From an uncultured Gemmatimonadaceae bacterium (GTDB lineage: Bacteria; Gemmatimonadota; Gemmatimonadetes; Gemmatimonadales; Gemmatimonadaceae): a DNA stretch of 64,000 nucleotides. The notes below the pieces were generated by a model that saw only the letters and a program-made list of their open reading frames with translations, ran no database searches and was not told the DNA's origin. Both the position numbers and the translations under genes were made by a program. Below are positions 11,091-22,990 of this stretch, piece after piece. Numbering within the stretch: the stretch's first letter is position 1; each line of letters starts with the position of its first letter. Location: positions 128,001 to 192,000 of the forward strand of contig CAWHHI010000012.1 in NCBI GenBank assembly GCA_963829055.1, given 5' to 3'.

Positions 11091-11870
11091 ATGACCATCG
11101 CTCGTCACCTTCGACCGCGCGACGCTCGGCTACGGACGTCGCGCGGTGCTCACCGACATCTCCTTCGACATTCCCGGAAGGGGACTTTCTCGGCCTCGTC
11201 GGACCTAACGGCGCCGGCAAGACCACGATCCTTCGCGCGCTCCTCGGGAGCCTCACGCCGCTCAGCGGGACCGTGTCGCGCGCGCCCGACGCTCCGTTTC
11301 GGTTACGTCCCGCAGCGCGATCAGGTCGACTACAACTTTCCCGCTCAAGGTTCTCGACGTCGTGCATGATGGGACGCTACGACCGCATCGGCCTCGGTCG
11401 CCGCCCCACGGAAGACGACCGGCGGCGCGCGCACGAGGCGCTCGAGCACGTCGGCATCGACCGACTGGCCGATCATCCGCTCGCCGATCTGTCCGGTGGT
11501 CAGAAACAGCGCACGCTCATCGCTCGCGCGCTCGTCGGCGAGCCTAACGTGCTCGTGCTCGATGAGCCGACGAACGGCATGGATCTCGTCGCGACGACGC
11601 AGATCCTCGGGCTCGTGCGCGAGCTGCACGACCGTGACGGCCTCACGGTGCTCATGGTCAGTCACGCACTGAACGAAGTCGCCAACTACGTGGAGCGCAT
11701 CGCGCTCGTCGTCGAGGGCGGATTTCGCATCGGTACGACAGACGAGATCATGACCGAGGAGGCGCTCAGCCAGATGTACGGGATCCCGGTCGAGGTCGAC
11801 TCGTTCGCACGGCCATCGCATCGTCGTCGCGCGTCGTGCCGGCGCCGAACCGGTTACCGACCATGTTTAG
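11091..11870 (+). CDS. Metal ABC transporter ATP-binding subunit (ZnuC-like), frameshifted
   Basis: GPNGAGKT, GYVPQ, LSGGQKQR, LDEPT and VSH motifs. Confidence 0.88.
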
Positions 11871-12692
11871 CACTGTCCTTCTCTTTCGCGAAGCGCTCTA
11901 CGGCGCGCTCGTGATCGCGCTCGCGTGCTCGGTCCTCGGCGTGTACGTCGTGCTGCGGCGGATCGTATTCGTCGGCGCTGCCCTCGCGCAGATCTCGTCG
12001 GCGGGCATTGCGCTCGCGCTCTGGCTTGCCGGGGCGGGTATTGCGTTAGGCGCGATCGGTCATCCCACGGTGGTTTCGCTCCTGCTGACGCTCGTCGCCG
12101 TACTGTTCTTCGCTGGCGGCGACACGCGGCCGCATTCCGCCCGACGCGACGATCGGCGTCACATACGCCGTCGCGGCCGCGCGTCGGCATCATTCTCATC
12201 GCCAAAGCGGCGTCAGGCGAAGCGCACGACATCTTCCTCTCGCGGCAACATCCTCGGCATCACGCGGAGCGACACGCTCGTGCTGCTCGCGGTCGCGGTG
12301 CCGGTGCTCGCGCTCCACCTCGTGTTCTACAAGGAGCTGCTGTTCGTCTCGTTCGACCGCGAGACGGCGCGCACGCTTGGCTACAACGTGCGGCGGTGGG
12401 ACCTGCTGCTCTATCTCACGCTCGGGCGTCGTGATCGCGTCCGCGATGCAGTTCGCCGGCGTGATGCTCGTGTTCAATTTCCTCGTGCTGCCGGCGGTGA
12501 CCGGCCTGCTGCTCTCTCACACCATGCGCGGCGTGTTCTTCTGGTCGGTAGCGTCCGCGCTCGTCGCCGCGTGTCGTCGGCTTCTCGCTGTCGGTCCCGT
12601 TCGACCTGCCGTCGGGACCCGCGATATCCGCCGCGTCGGGCGTCCTGGTGCTGCTCGCGTGGGCCGGACGGAGGATCATCGCCCGAAGCTGA
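11863..12692 (+). CDS. Metal ABC transporter permease (ZnuB/ABC-3 family), frameshifted
   Basis: LGVYVVLRRIVFVGAALAQ, KELLFVSFD, GVMLVFNFLVLPA and DLPSGP motifs. Confidence 0.88.
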
Positions 12693-12763
12693 GTGATCGC
12701 TGACCATGGAGCGGCGGGCCAGGCCGCTGGTCGCCGTGGGCCTCAGCGGCATACCTTCCGCGC

Positions 12764-13431
12764 ATGTCACGGGTGAGGGTCATCACCGAGCGCGACGTCC
12801 GACGCGCCGCGAAAGACGGGACGCGCGAGCTCGATGCCGCCGGCGCCGTCGTCACGCCGAGCGCGAAGGACGTCGCCGCTCGGGTTGGAGTAACGCTCAA
12901 AGTCTCGAAGTCGGCGTCGATGCGCACCCGTCACCGCGACAGGTTCGCGCCGAGCCGAAGTCGCGGCTCCGCGCCAGGCGAACCGTTGCCGTCGGAGCGG
13001 ATCACGGCGGCGCGACGCTCAAGGATGCCGTCATCGATCGCCTGCGCGAGATCGGACACGACGTCACCGATCTCGGCACGAGTGGCACCGCCGCCGTCGA
13101 CTACCCTGATTACGCGATCGCCGTCGCGCGGGCGGTTGCGGGCGGCGCCGCGCAGGTCGGCATCATGGTCGACGGCGCCGGCATCGGCAGTTGCATGGCC
13201 GCGAACAAGATCGCTGGCGCCCGCGCGGCGATGTGTTACGACGTGACGACGGCGCAGAACGCGCGCGAGCACAATAACGCGAACGTGCTCACGCTCGGCG
13301 GTGGCCTCATCGGACCACGACTCGCGCTCGCGATCGTCGAGACCTTCCTCTCCACGCCGTTCGGTGGCGGCCGGCACGCAACGCGCGTTGCGAAGATCGA
13401 CGCACTCGACGCGCCGCGGGCTCAGCGTTAG
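12764..13431 (+). CDS. rpiB: Ribose-5-phosphate isomerase B with N-terminal extension, frameshift near 12900-12950
   Basis: VGADHGG, VDYPD, DGAGIGSCMAANK, AREHNNANVL and GGRH motifs. Confidence 0.88.
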
Positions 13432-13460
13432 GGCCCACGGTCCACGTATCTCTCTTCATC

Positions 13461-15745
13461 ATGAACCGCGAAGACGCCCTCGAGTACCACGCCCTGCCCC
13501 GCCCTGGGAAGATCGCCGTCGTCCCGACGAAGCGACTCACGAATCAGCGGGACCTTTCGCTCGCGTACTCGCCCGGGGTCGCCGAACCCTGTCTCGAGAT
13601 CAAGCGGAATCCGGATGACGCGTATCGGTACACGTCGAAGGGCAACCTCGTCGCCGTCGTAACCAACGGTACCGCTGTGCTCGGCCTCGGCAACATTGGG
13701 GCGCTCGCGGGCAAGCCGGTGATGGAAGGCAAAGGCAATCTCTTCAAGCAATTCGCCGATCTCGACGTCTTCGATCTCGAGGTCGGGTCGGAGAATCCCG
13801 ACGACGTCATCCGGTTCTGCCAGCTGCTCGAGCCGACCGTCGGTGGCATCAACCTCGAGGACATCCGCGCGCCGGACTGCTTCTACATCGAGGAGACGCT
13901 CCGGAAGACGATGAAGATCCCCGTCTTCCACGACGATCAGCACGGCACCGCGATCATCTCCGGCGCCGCGCTCATGAATGCGCTCGAGATCGTTGGGAAG
14001 CCAATCGACACCGTGCGCGTCGTGTTCTCCGGCGCCGGCGCCGCCGCGATCGCCACCGCGACGCACTACGAGCGACTCGGCGTACGCCACGAGAACATCC
14101 TCATGTGCGATCGTGCGGGCGTGATCTACGCCGGCCGCGCGAACGACATGGACCCGTACAAGGCGCGCTTCGCGAACGAGACGACCGCGCGCACGATCGC
14201 CGACGCGCTGGACGGCGCGGACGTGTTCGTCGGGCTGTCGGTGGCCGGAGCGGTCACGAGCGAGATGATCGCGCGCATGGCCACGAATCCGATCATCTTC
14301 GCGCTCGCGAACCCGGTGCCGGAAATTCTGCCGGACGAGGTTCGCTCGGTGCGCGAGCGACGCGATCATCGCGACGGGGCGCAGCGACTATCCGAATCAG
14401 GTCAACAACGTTCTCGGCTTTCCGTTCATTTTCCGCGGCGCGCTGGACGCACGCGCCACGGAAGTGAATGAAGAGATGAAGATGGCGGCGACGCGCGCGC
14501 TCGCCGCGCTCGCGAAGGAAGAAGTGCCGGAGAGCGTGACGGCGCTGTACGGGCTGCGGTCGGTCAAGTTCGGGCGCGATTATCTCATTCCCTTCCCGTT
14601 CGATCCCCGCGTGCTGTTGTGGGTGGCGCCGGCGGTCGCGTGGGCCGCGGTCGCGAGCGGCGTCGCCAAGGAGTTCGTGGACGTCGAGGACTATCGCGAT
14701 CAGCTCGAGGCTCGACTCGGGCGCGCGCGCGGACTCATTCGCGGCATCATCAACCGCGCGGTTCGCGATCCCAAGCGTATCGTGTTCCCCGAAGGCGAGG
14801 AGCCGAAGATTCTGCGCGCCGCGCGGATCATCGTCGACGACGGCATCGGCTATCCCGATCCTGCTCGGGCAATCGCGACGTCATCGAGCGCAACGCCGCG
14901 GCGGCCGGGATATCGCTCGAGGATCTCGAGATCGAGGATCCATCGACGTCGGCGCACCGCGAGCGCTACGCGGAGTTCCTGTGGCAGCGCCGTCAGCGAA
15001 AGGGCATGAGCTCCGGCGAGGCGCTACGGCGTCTCTACAACGGCAACTACTTTGGCTCTGTCATGGTCGCCTGCGGCGACGCGGATGCGCTGGTGTCCGG
15101 CATGACCATGCAGTATCCGGAGACGATCCGCCCCGCGCTCGAAGTCGTCGGCGCGCATCCGCGCGCCGGGCTCGTGAGCGGCATGTACATGCTCGTGTTC
15201 GACCGGCACGTCGTCTTCTGCGCCGACACGACGGTCAACATCGATCCAACCGCCGAGCAGCTCGCGCAGATCGCCTATGCGGCGTCTCGCATCGTGGCGC
15301 ACGTTCGGGATCGAGCCTCGCATTGCGATGCTGAGCTTCTCGAACTTCGGCTCGGTCCGGCATCCTGACGCGGAAAAGGTCTCGCGCGCGGTTCAGCTCG
15401 TTCGCCAGCGCGACCCGAACCTCGTCGTGGACGGCGAAATGCAGGCGGATAGCGCCCTCGACGAGCGCATTCTCGGCCGAGAGTTATCCGTTCAGCGCCT
15501 TGAAGGAACCGGCCAACGTATTGATATTTCCGAACTTGAGCGCTGGGAACATCGCGTATAAGCTGCTCAACAAGCTCGGCGGCGCGACGGCCATCGGGCC
15601 GATTCTCATCGGCATGCGTCACCCCGTCCACGTCCTGGAGCACGGCGCGGACGTGCAGGAAATCGTCAACATGGCCGCCGTCGCAGTCATCGACGCGCAG
15701 TCACGGACCGCAACGGTCGACGTCGCAGGCGTAACAGGAAACTGA
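13461..15745 (+). CDS. maeB: NADP-dependent malic enzyme with PTA-like domain, frameshifted
   Basis: [40 protein letters not shown]-terminal VFPEGEE and DGEMQAD. Confidence 0.93.
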
Positions 15746-15796
15746 CCGACGACTCGTCGGACGAGCGACGAACCTTTTTACCGGACATTCGAGAAC

Positions 15797-17421
15797 ATGG
15801 CAACGCAGACCAAGCCCGCCACGGGAGCGCCTGACGCGACGAAGGGACTCGAAAGCAGGGGCTGCGCCCGAGCGGTGAGGTCCATTGGAACCTCGTGGCG
15901 CCCGAGCTGATGCTCGCCGCCGCGCGCCGCGGCGAGGGCGAGTTCGCCGACATGGGCCCGTTCGTGCGCAGTCACGTCGCCGCACACCGGCCGTTCGCCG
16001 AACGACAAGTTCGTCGTGCGCGAGCCCGCCACCGAGGGCGACATCGACTGGGGCAAGGTGAACCAGCCGTACTCCGCCGCCCACTTCGAGACGCTGCTGG
16101 CCGACGTCCGCGCGTATCTCGACCAGCAGCCGGAGCTGTTCGTGCAGGACCTCCGCTGCGGCGCCGACCCGGCCCATCGCCTGAGCGTCCGCTACGTGAT
16201 GCCTAACGCCTGGCACGCGGCGTTCGTGCGGAACATGTTCATCCGCCCGGACGCAGAGCGAGCTGCCGACGTTCGAGCCGAACTTCACGGTGCTGCACGC
16301 GCCCGAGTTCCAGGCCGATCCGGCTCGGCACGGTACGCGGACCGAGCACGTTCATCGTCCTGAATTTCGCGCAAGCGCATGATCCTCATCGGCGGCACGC
16401 GCTACGCCGGTGAGCTCAAGAAGTCGATGTTCACGGTCATGAACTACTTCATGCCGAAGGACGGCGTGCTCTCCATGCACTGCTCGGCCAACGTCGGGCC
16501 GCAGGGAGACACCGCGCTGTTCTTCGGTCTGTCCGGCACCGGCAAGACGACGCTCTCGGCGGATCCGGAGCGCTCGCTCATCGGCGACGACGAGCACGGC
16601 TGGGCGGAGACGGGCATCTTCAACTACGAAGGCGGCTGCTACGCGAAGGTCATCAACCTCTCGGCCGAGGGCGAGCCGGACATCTACGCGACGACGCAGA
16701 TGTTCGGGACGATCCTCGAGAACGTGGTGCTGGAACCGACGCTCGAAGAAGGTGAAGTTCGAGGACCAGTCGATCACCGAGAACACGCGCGCCTCGTATC
16801 CGCTGCCGTACATCCGCGAACCACGTGCCGAGCGGTCGCGGCGGTCACCCGAAGAACGTCGTGTTCCTCACGGCGGACGCGTTCGGCGTGCTCCCGCCCA
16901 TCGCGCGCCTAACGCGCGAGCAGGCGATGTACTACTTCCTGTCCGGGTACACGGCGAAGGTCGCCGGCACCGAGCGTGGCGTCACCGAGCCGCAGGCGAC
17001 GTTCAGCGCCTGCTTCGGCGCGGTGTTCCTCGTGTGGCACCCGACGAAGTACGCGGAGATGCTGGGTCGCCTGCTCGCGGAGCACGATTCGCACGTGTGG
17101 CTGGTGAACACCGGGTGGAGCGGCGGTGCGTACGGCGTGGGCAAGCGCATGAAGCTCGGCTACACGCGCGCCATGGTGCGCGCGGCGCTGGCGGGTCAGC
17201 TCGACCAGGTGCCGACGCAGACCGACGAGCGCTTTGGACTCGCGGTGCCGACGCAGGTCCCGGGCGTTCCGTCGGAAGTCATGCGCCCGCGCGATACGTG
17301 GAGCGACGCCGCGGCGTACGACGCGCAGGCGAAGAAGCTGGCCGAGATGTTCAGGAAGAACTTCGAGAAGTTCGGCAGCAACATCTCGCCAGCCATCGCT
17401 GACGCGGGACCGAAGGTCTAA
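15797..17421 (+). CDS. pckA: Phosphoenolpyruvate carboxykinase (ATP), frameshifted
   Basis: [47 protein letters not shown] and FSACFG motifs. Confidence 0.95.
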
Positions 17422-17490
17422 CGAGCGCGCGGCGCTGGCTGGACGGCAGGCAGCTGCACAAGCACCGCCGCACCCGCGACCAGTCTGTCC

Positions 17491-18723
17491 GTGATCATCA
17501 GAGACCCACTGTGGAACAACATCCGTGTCGACGCGCTGGCTTTGCAGCTCGTCGACACGCCTGTATTTCAGCGGCTCCGATACGTTAGGCAGCTCGGCCT
17601 CGCGTACCTGGTGTACCCCGGCGCCACTCACACGCGGTTCGAGCACGCGCTCGGCGCCTACCACCTCGCGCGACTGACGCTGTCGCTGCTCGACGAGCGC
17701 GGTGAGCTGGACGGCGTGTCCCTCGAGGAGCGCGCGATCGCGCAGGCAGCCGCGCTGCTGCATGACGTCGGGCACTACCCGTTCTCGCACGCGCTCGAGG
17801 AGATCGGCGCGCTGCACCACGAACAGGTCGCGACGCCACTCGTGCTCGGCGGCTCGGTAGGGGCCGCGCTCACGGCGACGCTCGGAGCGAGCGCGCCGGA
17901 GCGCGTGCTGGCGCTGATTCGCGGCGTGAGCGAGTCCCCGCTGCAGGGACTCGTGTCCGGATCGCTCGACCTCGATAAGATCGAGTACCTCAAGCGCGAC
18001 GCGCTCATGTGTGGCGTGCCGTACGGCGAGATCGACGTCGACCGTCTGCTCAACTCGCTGGTTCTCGTCGACGAGCCCGCAACTGGCCGCCGCGTCGTCG
18101 GCGTGCTGGAGAAAGGACTGTCCGCGCTCGAGTCGCTGCTGTTCGCGAAGTACCAGATGTACCGGAATGTCTACTGGCATCATGCCGTTCGGAGCGCAAC
18201 GGCGATGTACAAGCGGCTCGTCGACGAGGCGCTCACCGCCGGGGACATCGACCCGCAGGCGCTCAGCACGTTCGACGATGAGGGCCTGCTCCATCGACTT
18301 GCACATCGCGGCGCTCCGCCGCTGTTGGTGGCGCTGCGCGAGCGACGACTCTACAAGCGCGTGCTCGAATGCCCTGCGGCGGAGCTCGCGGGCGAGGATC
18401 CCGAGTGGATCGCGGACGACCGCGGCCTCACCATCGAGATGGAAGATCGCATCGCCGCGCAACTCGGACTCTCGGCCGGCGAGATCCTGCTCGACTTTCC
18501 GGCGAAGACGCAGATGCTGGGCCTCGACCTGCCGGTCGTGCGCCGATCGGGCGAAGTCCGGCGCCTAACGACTGCCGGGCTCGAAGGCGCGATCAACCTT
18601 CCGGTGCTGTCGGAGCAGCTGTACCGCTCCGCCCGATGGCTCCGCGTGTTCGCGGTGCGGCGCATCGAGGTGCCGCGCACCGAGCTGCTCGATCAGCTCA
18701 TGCGAGTGACCGCCGGCGCCTGA
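17491..18723 (+). CDS. HD-domain phosphohydrolase (SAMHD1/YwfO-like dNTPase family)
   Basis: FQRLRYVRQLG, HTRFEH, LLHDVGH, DLDK and MYRNVYWH motifs. Confidence 0.88.
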   Translation: MIIRDPLWNNIRVDALALQLVDTPVFQRLRYVRQLGLAYLVYPGATHTRFEHALGAYHLARLTLSLLDERGELDGVSLEERAIAQAAALLHDVGHYPFSHALEEIGALHHEQVATPLVLGGSVGAALTATLGASAPERVLALIRGVSESPLQGLVSGSLDLDKIEYLKRDALMCGVPYGEIDVDRLLNSLVLVDEPATGRRVVGVLEKGLSALESLLFAKYQMYRNVYWHHAVRSATAMYKRLVDEALTAGDIDPQALSTFDDEGLLHRLAHRGAPPLLVALRERRLYKRVLECPAAELAGEDPEWIADDRGLTIEMEDRIAAQLGLSAGEILLDFPAKTQMLGLDLPVVRRSGEVRRLTTAGLEGAINLPVLSEQLYRSARWLRVFAVRRIEVPRTELLDQLMRVTAGA

Positions 18724-18747
18724 CGTCAGCCCGATGTCAGCCTGATT

Positions 18748-18927
18748 TCAGGACGCCGCGGCGCGCTTGCCATGCGCCTCGGCGAGCTTGCGTGCGATCG
18801 CCCGATAGAACGCCGCGTCCTCGCGCTTCTCCTGCGATTCCAACGAGAGCGCCGCCAGCTCGAGAGCGTACAGGATGTTCCCGAGGTAGAGCTCCGCGAG
18901 CGCGCCGACCGACTGCTCCTCGGTCAC
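18748..18927 (-). CDS. Small helical hypothetical protein (59 aa)
   Basis: MTEEQSVGALAELYLGNILYALE...; GTG start 5 bp after the PP2C stop. Confidence 0.55.
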   Translation of the reverse strand: MTEEQSVGALAELYLGNILYALELAALSLESQEKREDAAFYRAIARKLAEAHGKRAAAS

Positions 18928-18932
18928 GCCGC

Positions 18933-19725
18933 TCAGCGAACGACGGGCGTCTCGGCCGTTGTACTTCCACCGTCGGTGCCGTTGCCCTCGGTGGCCGTCA
19001 CCTGCACCACGATCGCGGTGATGTTGTCGAGGCCACCGCGGCCGTTCGCTTCGGAGATCAGCGCATCCACGACGCGCCCTGGCGTCGCACGGGAGAAGAG
19101 CAGTTGCTGCAGGCGACGATCGTCCACCATGCCGGTGAGTCCGTCGCTGGCGACCAGGTAGACGTCGCCGGTGCGCACTTCGCCGTGATACGTGTCGGGC
19201 TCGACGTTGTCGCTCGCGCCGACGCATCGCGTGATCACGTTCGAGTACGGATGGTACCGCGCCTGTTCGGGCGTCAGGAAACCGGCGTCCACCTGCTCCT
19301 GCACGTACGAGTGATCCTTCGTCAGCTGGCGCAGCTTGCCGTCGCGAAGAAGATAGACGCGAGAGTCGCCGACCTGCCCGATGAGATACTTGCGACCCAG
19401 TCAGGATCAGCACCGACGCCGTGGTGCCCATTCCCTGCTTGTCGACTTCCGTGATCGTGCGCTCGTAGATCTTCGAGTTCGCTTTCTTGACGGCGTCCGC
19501 GACCTTCGCCTGGACGTTGTCACCGTTGATATCGGTGATCGCGGCAAGCTCGCGCGAGATGATCTGCACCGCCATCTCGCTGGCCACTTCGCCGGCGGCG
19601 TGGCCTCCCATCCCGTCGGCGACGATGAACAGCCCCCGCTTCTCATTCGCTTCAGCGAAGAAACTGTCTTCGTTCCCAGCGCGGATCATGCCCACATCCG
19701 AGCGGGCGGCGACGTATAGGTTCAC
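18933..19725 (-). CDS. PP2C-family (Stp1/PrpC) Ser/Thr phosphatase, frameshift near 19390
   Basis: SDVGMIRAGNEDS, VADGMGGH, GMGTT, VGDSR, ASDGL and GGLDNIT motifs. Confidence 0.92.
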
Positions 19726-20937
19726 TAGCGATCCTGTATCACGAGAAGGACAGTCGCGCCGATGACCACCGCGGCCGCGATCCACACGAGCGGCGACGTC
19801 TTCTGCTTCGCCGACGCCGTGGAGTCGCTCGCCTGGGACTGGCGGGTGGCGACGATTGGGCGCGCTGTTCGAGCGCGCTGTTGATCCGTTGGCCTGAATC
19901 CGACGATGACGCGAGTGCCGCCGTCGGCATCGATGACCTCGGGCTCCGACCGGAATATCACCTTCACGCCGCCAAAGCGCACGGCGGCGGTCGCTCCGAG
20001 TTGCTGCTCACCACTGACCCGACGTCCGGCCACGTACGTGCCGTTCCTCGATCCCATGTCGACGACGTACCAGCCGGAGTCGCGCCGCTGGATCTTGGCG
20101 TGCGAGTCCGAAACGCTGTCGTCGATCACCACGACATCGTTGTGCGGCCCCCGCCCGATATGGGCGAGCGGCGTGCGAAGCTGGTAGCGAGTGCCCTTGG
20201 TCGCGCCCTCGTTGACGACTTCCAACGTGGCGAGCAGGCGCTGTGACTCGGCAGCCGATCCTCGCGCGCCGGTGCCGGAGCCTCGGGCGCCGCATCGGCG
20301 TAGAAGCGAAACTCCTCGGTGCCGATGCGAATCACATCTCCGCGACGGAGCGGCTGGGCATCGCCGGTGCGCGCTCCGTTCACGAAGACGCCATTCGCGC
20401 TGACGTCACGGACGACGTAGCCAGCGGGCCGAGCGACAATTCGGCATGATTGCGGGACACATCATTGCCGGGCACCACGATGTCGCAGTCAGCGTCACGC
20501 CCAATGCGCAGTCCGCCGGCTGGTACCGCGTATTCACGCCCGTCGACGAGAGAAACCAGGCGACCGCCGAGCACGCCAGCGCGGCCGCGGGTTGCCACCG
20601 CGGTCGATGCTGTCGGCGTGCCGAACGCAGGCATCACGACTGTGCTGCCTGCCTTACGGTCATCGGAGAAGCGGAGCTGACGCCCGGCCACCTCGATCCT
20701 GTCTCCGTGGAGCAGAGGCGCCGGCTCAGCACCGAGCGCCACACCATTCACCAGTATCGTGGTCCCCGTCGCCACTCGCCGCACAGTGACGGTGCCTCGC
20801 GGGTCCACGATGACGATCGCAAGAGTCCCCTTCTCTGGACCAGCATCGAGCCGCACTTGCGCCTCGTCGCTTGTCCCGATTCGCAGCTCGCCAACGCTCA
20901 GCTCGATCTGTTTGTCGTCAAGCCGAATGTGAGCCAT
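19725..20937 (-). CDS. Multi-FHA domain membrane protein, frameshifted
   Basis: IGRDADCD..VSRNHA..NG; IGRGPHND..VSDSHA..SRNGT; degenerate first FHA; C-terminal TM helix. Confidence 0.85.
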
Positions 20938-21095
20938 GCCGGTTCGGGCAGCGATCCTATGCGCGAAGCCGAAGGGGATATGGAAAGCCCGTTGAGACGG
21001 CATCGCCTCCACGGGTCACGCGCGGAAACTATGGCTGACCCGCATGGCTGGCAAGCACTTAAACGATTGCCAGGGCTTGTTCCGGACAGTCCACT

Positions 21096-22985
21096 TCACG
21101 CCTGGGCCGCAGCCGCCATCTCACCCTGCTGGAGACGGTACAGCCGCTGGTACAACCCGCCACGGGCGAGGAGCTCGCGATGGGTGCCGCGCTCGCGAAC
21201 CTCGCCGTGATGCAGGACGAGAATCTCGTTCGCGCCCACGATCGTGCTCAGGCGATGGGCGATCGCGATCGTCGTGCGGCCGCGCATCAACACCTCGAGC
21301 GCTTCCTGTATCGCCGCCTCGATCTCGCTGTCCACGGCGCTCGTGGCCTCGTCGAGCACGAGCAGCGCGGGATCGGCGGCGATTGCCCGCGCGAACGAGA
21401 GCAACTGTCGCTCGCCAACACTCACCGATGTCCCACGCTCGCCGAGCTCGTACGCGTAATCGCGCGGGAGGCGACGGATCACGCGATCGGCGCCCACGCG
21501 CTCGGCCGCCCGCACCACATCGGCATCGCTCAGCGGCGACGACAGCCGAATGTTCGACGCGCACATCGCCAGCGAACAGGAAGATGTCCTGCTGCACGTA
21601 CCCAATCAGTCCGCGCAGCTCAGCGAGCGGCATCTCGCGCACGTCGACGCCGTTGACGAGTATCTGCCCGCGCTGCGGGTCATAGAATCGCAGCAGGAGG
21701 CTGACGATCGTCGTCTTTCCTGCTCCCGTGTGACCGACGAGCGCGAGCGTCTCACCGGGCCGCGCCGTGAAGCTCACGCCGCGAAGCACCCACTCCGCCT
21801 CACCCGGAGCGCGCATCTCCCTTCGCCAGATGCGCGAGATCGTACGCGAACCACACGTCGCGGAATTCGACAGTAACGCCGCGTCGGGAATCGGGAATCG
21901 GGAATCGGGAATCGGGAACCGGATCGACGCGGCGTAGTCGTCCGCACGTCGATTCCCGATTCCCGGTTCCCCAGTCTCCCGATTCGGTATCGAGCAACGT
22001 GAAGATCCGTTCGGACGATGCCATCGCCTGCTGCAGCGTGTTGTACTTGTCCGAGAGATCTTGCAGCGGCTGATAGAAGCGCCTCACGAGTTGCAGGAAG
22101 GCAGCGACCGTTCCCACCGTGATCGACGCCGCGCGCACGCGCGATGACCCCGCCACGATCAGCGTCGCCATCGCGACCGTCGTGAGCACTTCGATCACGG
22201 GGAAATACAGCGCATAGACGCGGACCGAGCGTAGGTGTGCGTCGAGGTGATCGCGATTCAGCGCGTCGAAACGCGCCGCCTCGCTTCGCTCTCGCCCGAA
22301 GAGCTGTACGACGCGCACGCCCGAGATGCGCTCCTGCAGAAACGCGTTGATGCGCGCGAGCCGAGTTCGGATTGAACGGTATGCCTCGCGCACGCGGACG
22401 CGGAACACGTTCGACGCGATCACGACGCCAGGAATGACGGCGAACGCCGCGAGTGCCAATCGCCAATCGACAACGAGCATCGCGACGCTGATCGCGAGCA
22501 GCGTGAACAGGTCACCGATGCCGGCAACGACACCGGCAGTGAACAGCTCGTTGAGCGATTCCACGTCGGACGTCACTCGCGTCACGAGGCGCCCAACGGG
22601 ATTGCGGTCGAAGAAGGACACCGACAGCCGCTGCAGGTGCGCGAAGATCTCGATGCGGAGATCTCGCATGACGCGCTGACCGAGGAGACTCGTCAGCATC
22701 GTCTCGCCGTACGTGAACAGGAACTGAAACAACAGCGTGGCCGCGAACAGCGCCGCACTCGTGATCGCGATGTGGCTATCGCGGCGCGGAATGGCAACGT
22801 CGATCACGCGTTGGGTCAGCGCCGGGCCGACGAGTTGAAGGAATCCGTCGGCGAGCAGCAGTACGAGCGCACCGATCACGAGCCCGCGGTACGGGCGCGC
22901 GTAGCGCAGCAGCCGTCGCATGAGACGGCCGTCGTACGCCTTGCCGAGCGCTTCTTCCTCGTGGATGACGTCGGGCGAAGTCAGA
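21096..22985 (-). CDS. ABC exporter (fused TMD-NBD, MsbA/MdlB-like), frameshifted, start uncertain
   Basis: [12 protein letters not shown]-terminus, [38 protein letters not shown] and IAHRLST motifs. Confidence 0.9.
21886..21985. repeat. Inverted heptamer-repeat element (GGGAATC)4 ... (GATTCCC)2 GGTTCCC inside the ABC gene
   Basis: Read directly from the sequence. Confidence 0.85.
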
Positions 22986-22990
22986 ACTGC

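Noticed and set aside
16909..18462. Long antisense ORFs (e.g. 517 aa here, 478 aa at 6146-7582, 367 aa at 24224-25327)
   Set aside because: Typical high-GC shadow frames opposite well-supported genes, with no recognisable motifs.
17491..18723. Anti-phage dNTPase defence system
   Set aside because: An ordinary HD-family gene in housekeeping context with no defence-island neighbours.
18748..19785. 345-aa PP2C fusion ORF in the track
   Set aside because: An artefact of a frameshift joining the PP2C N-terminus to a separate downstream small gene.
186..22985. Mass pseudogenisation or programmed frameshifting
   Set aside because: Indels are sporadic, affect core genes and come without nonsense codons or recurring slippery sites; sequencing error is more parsimonious.
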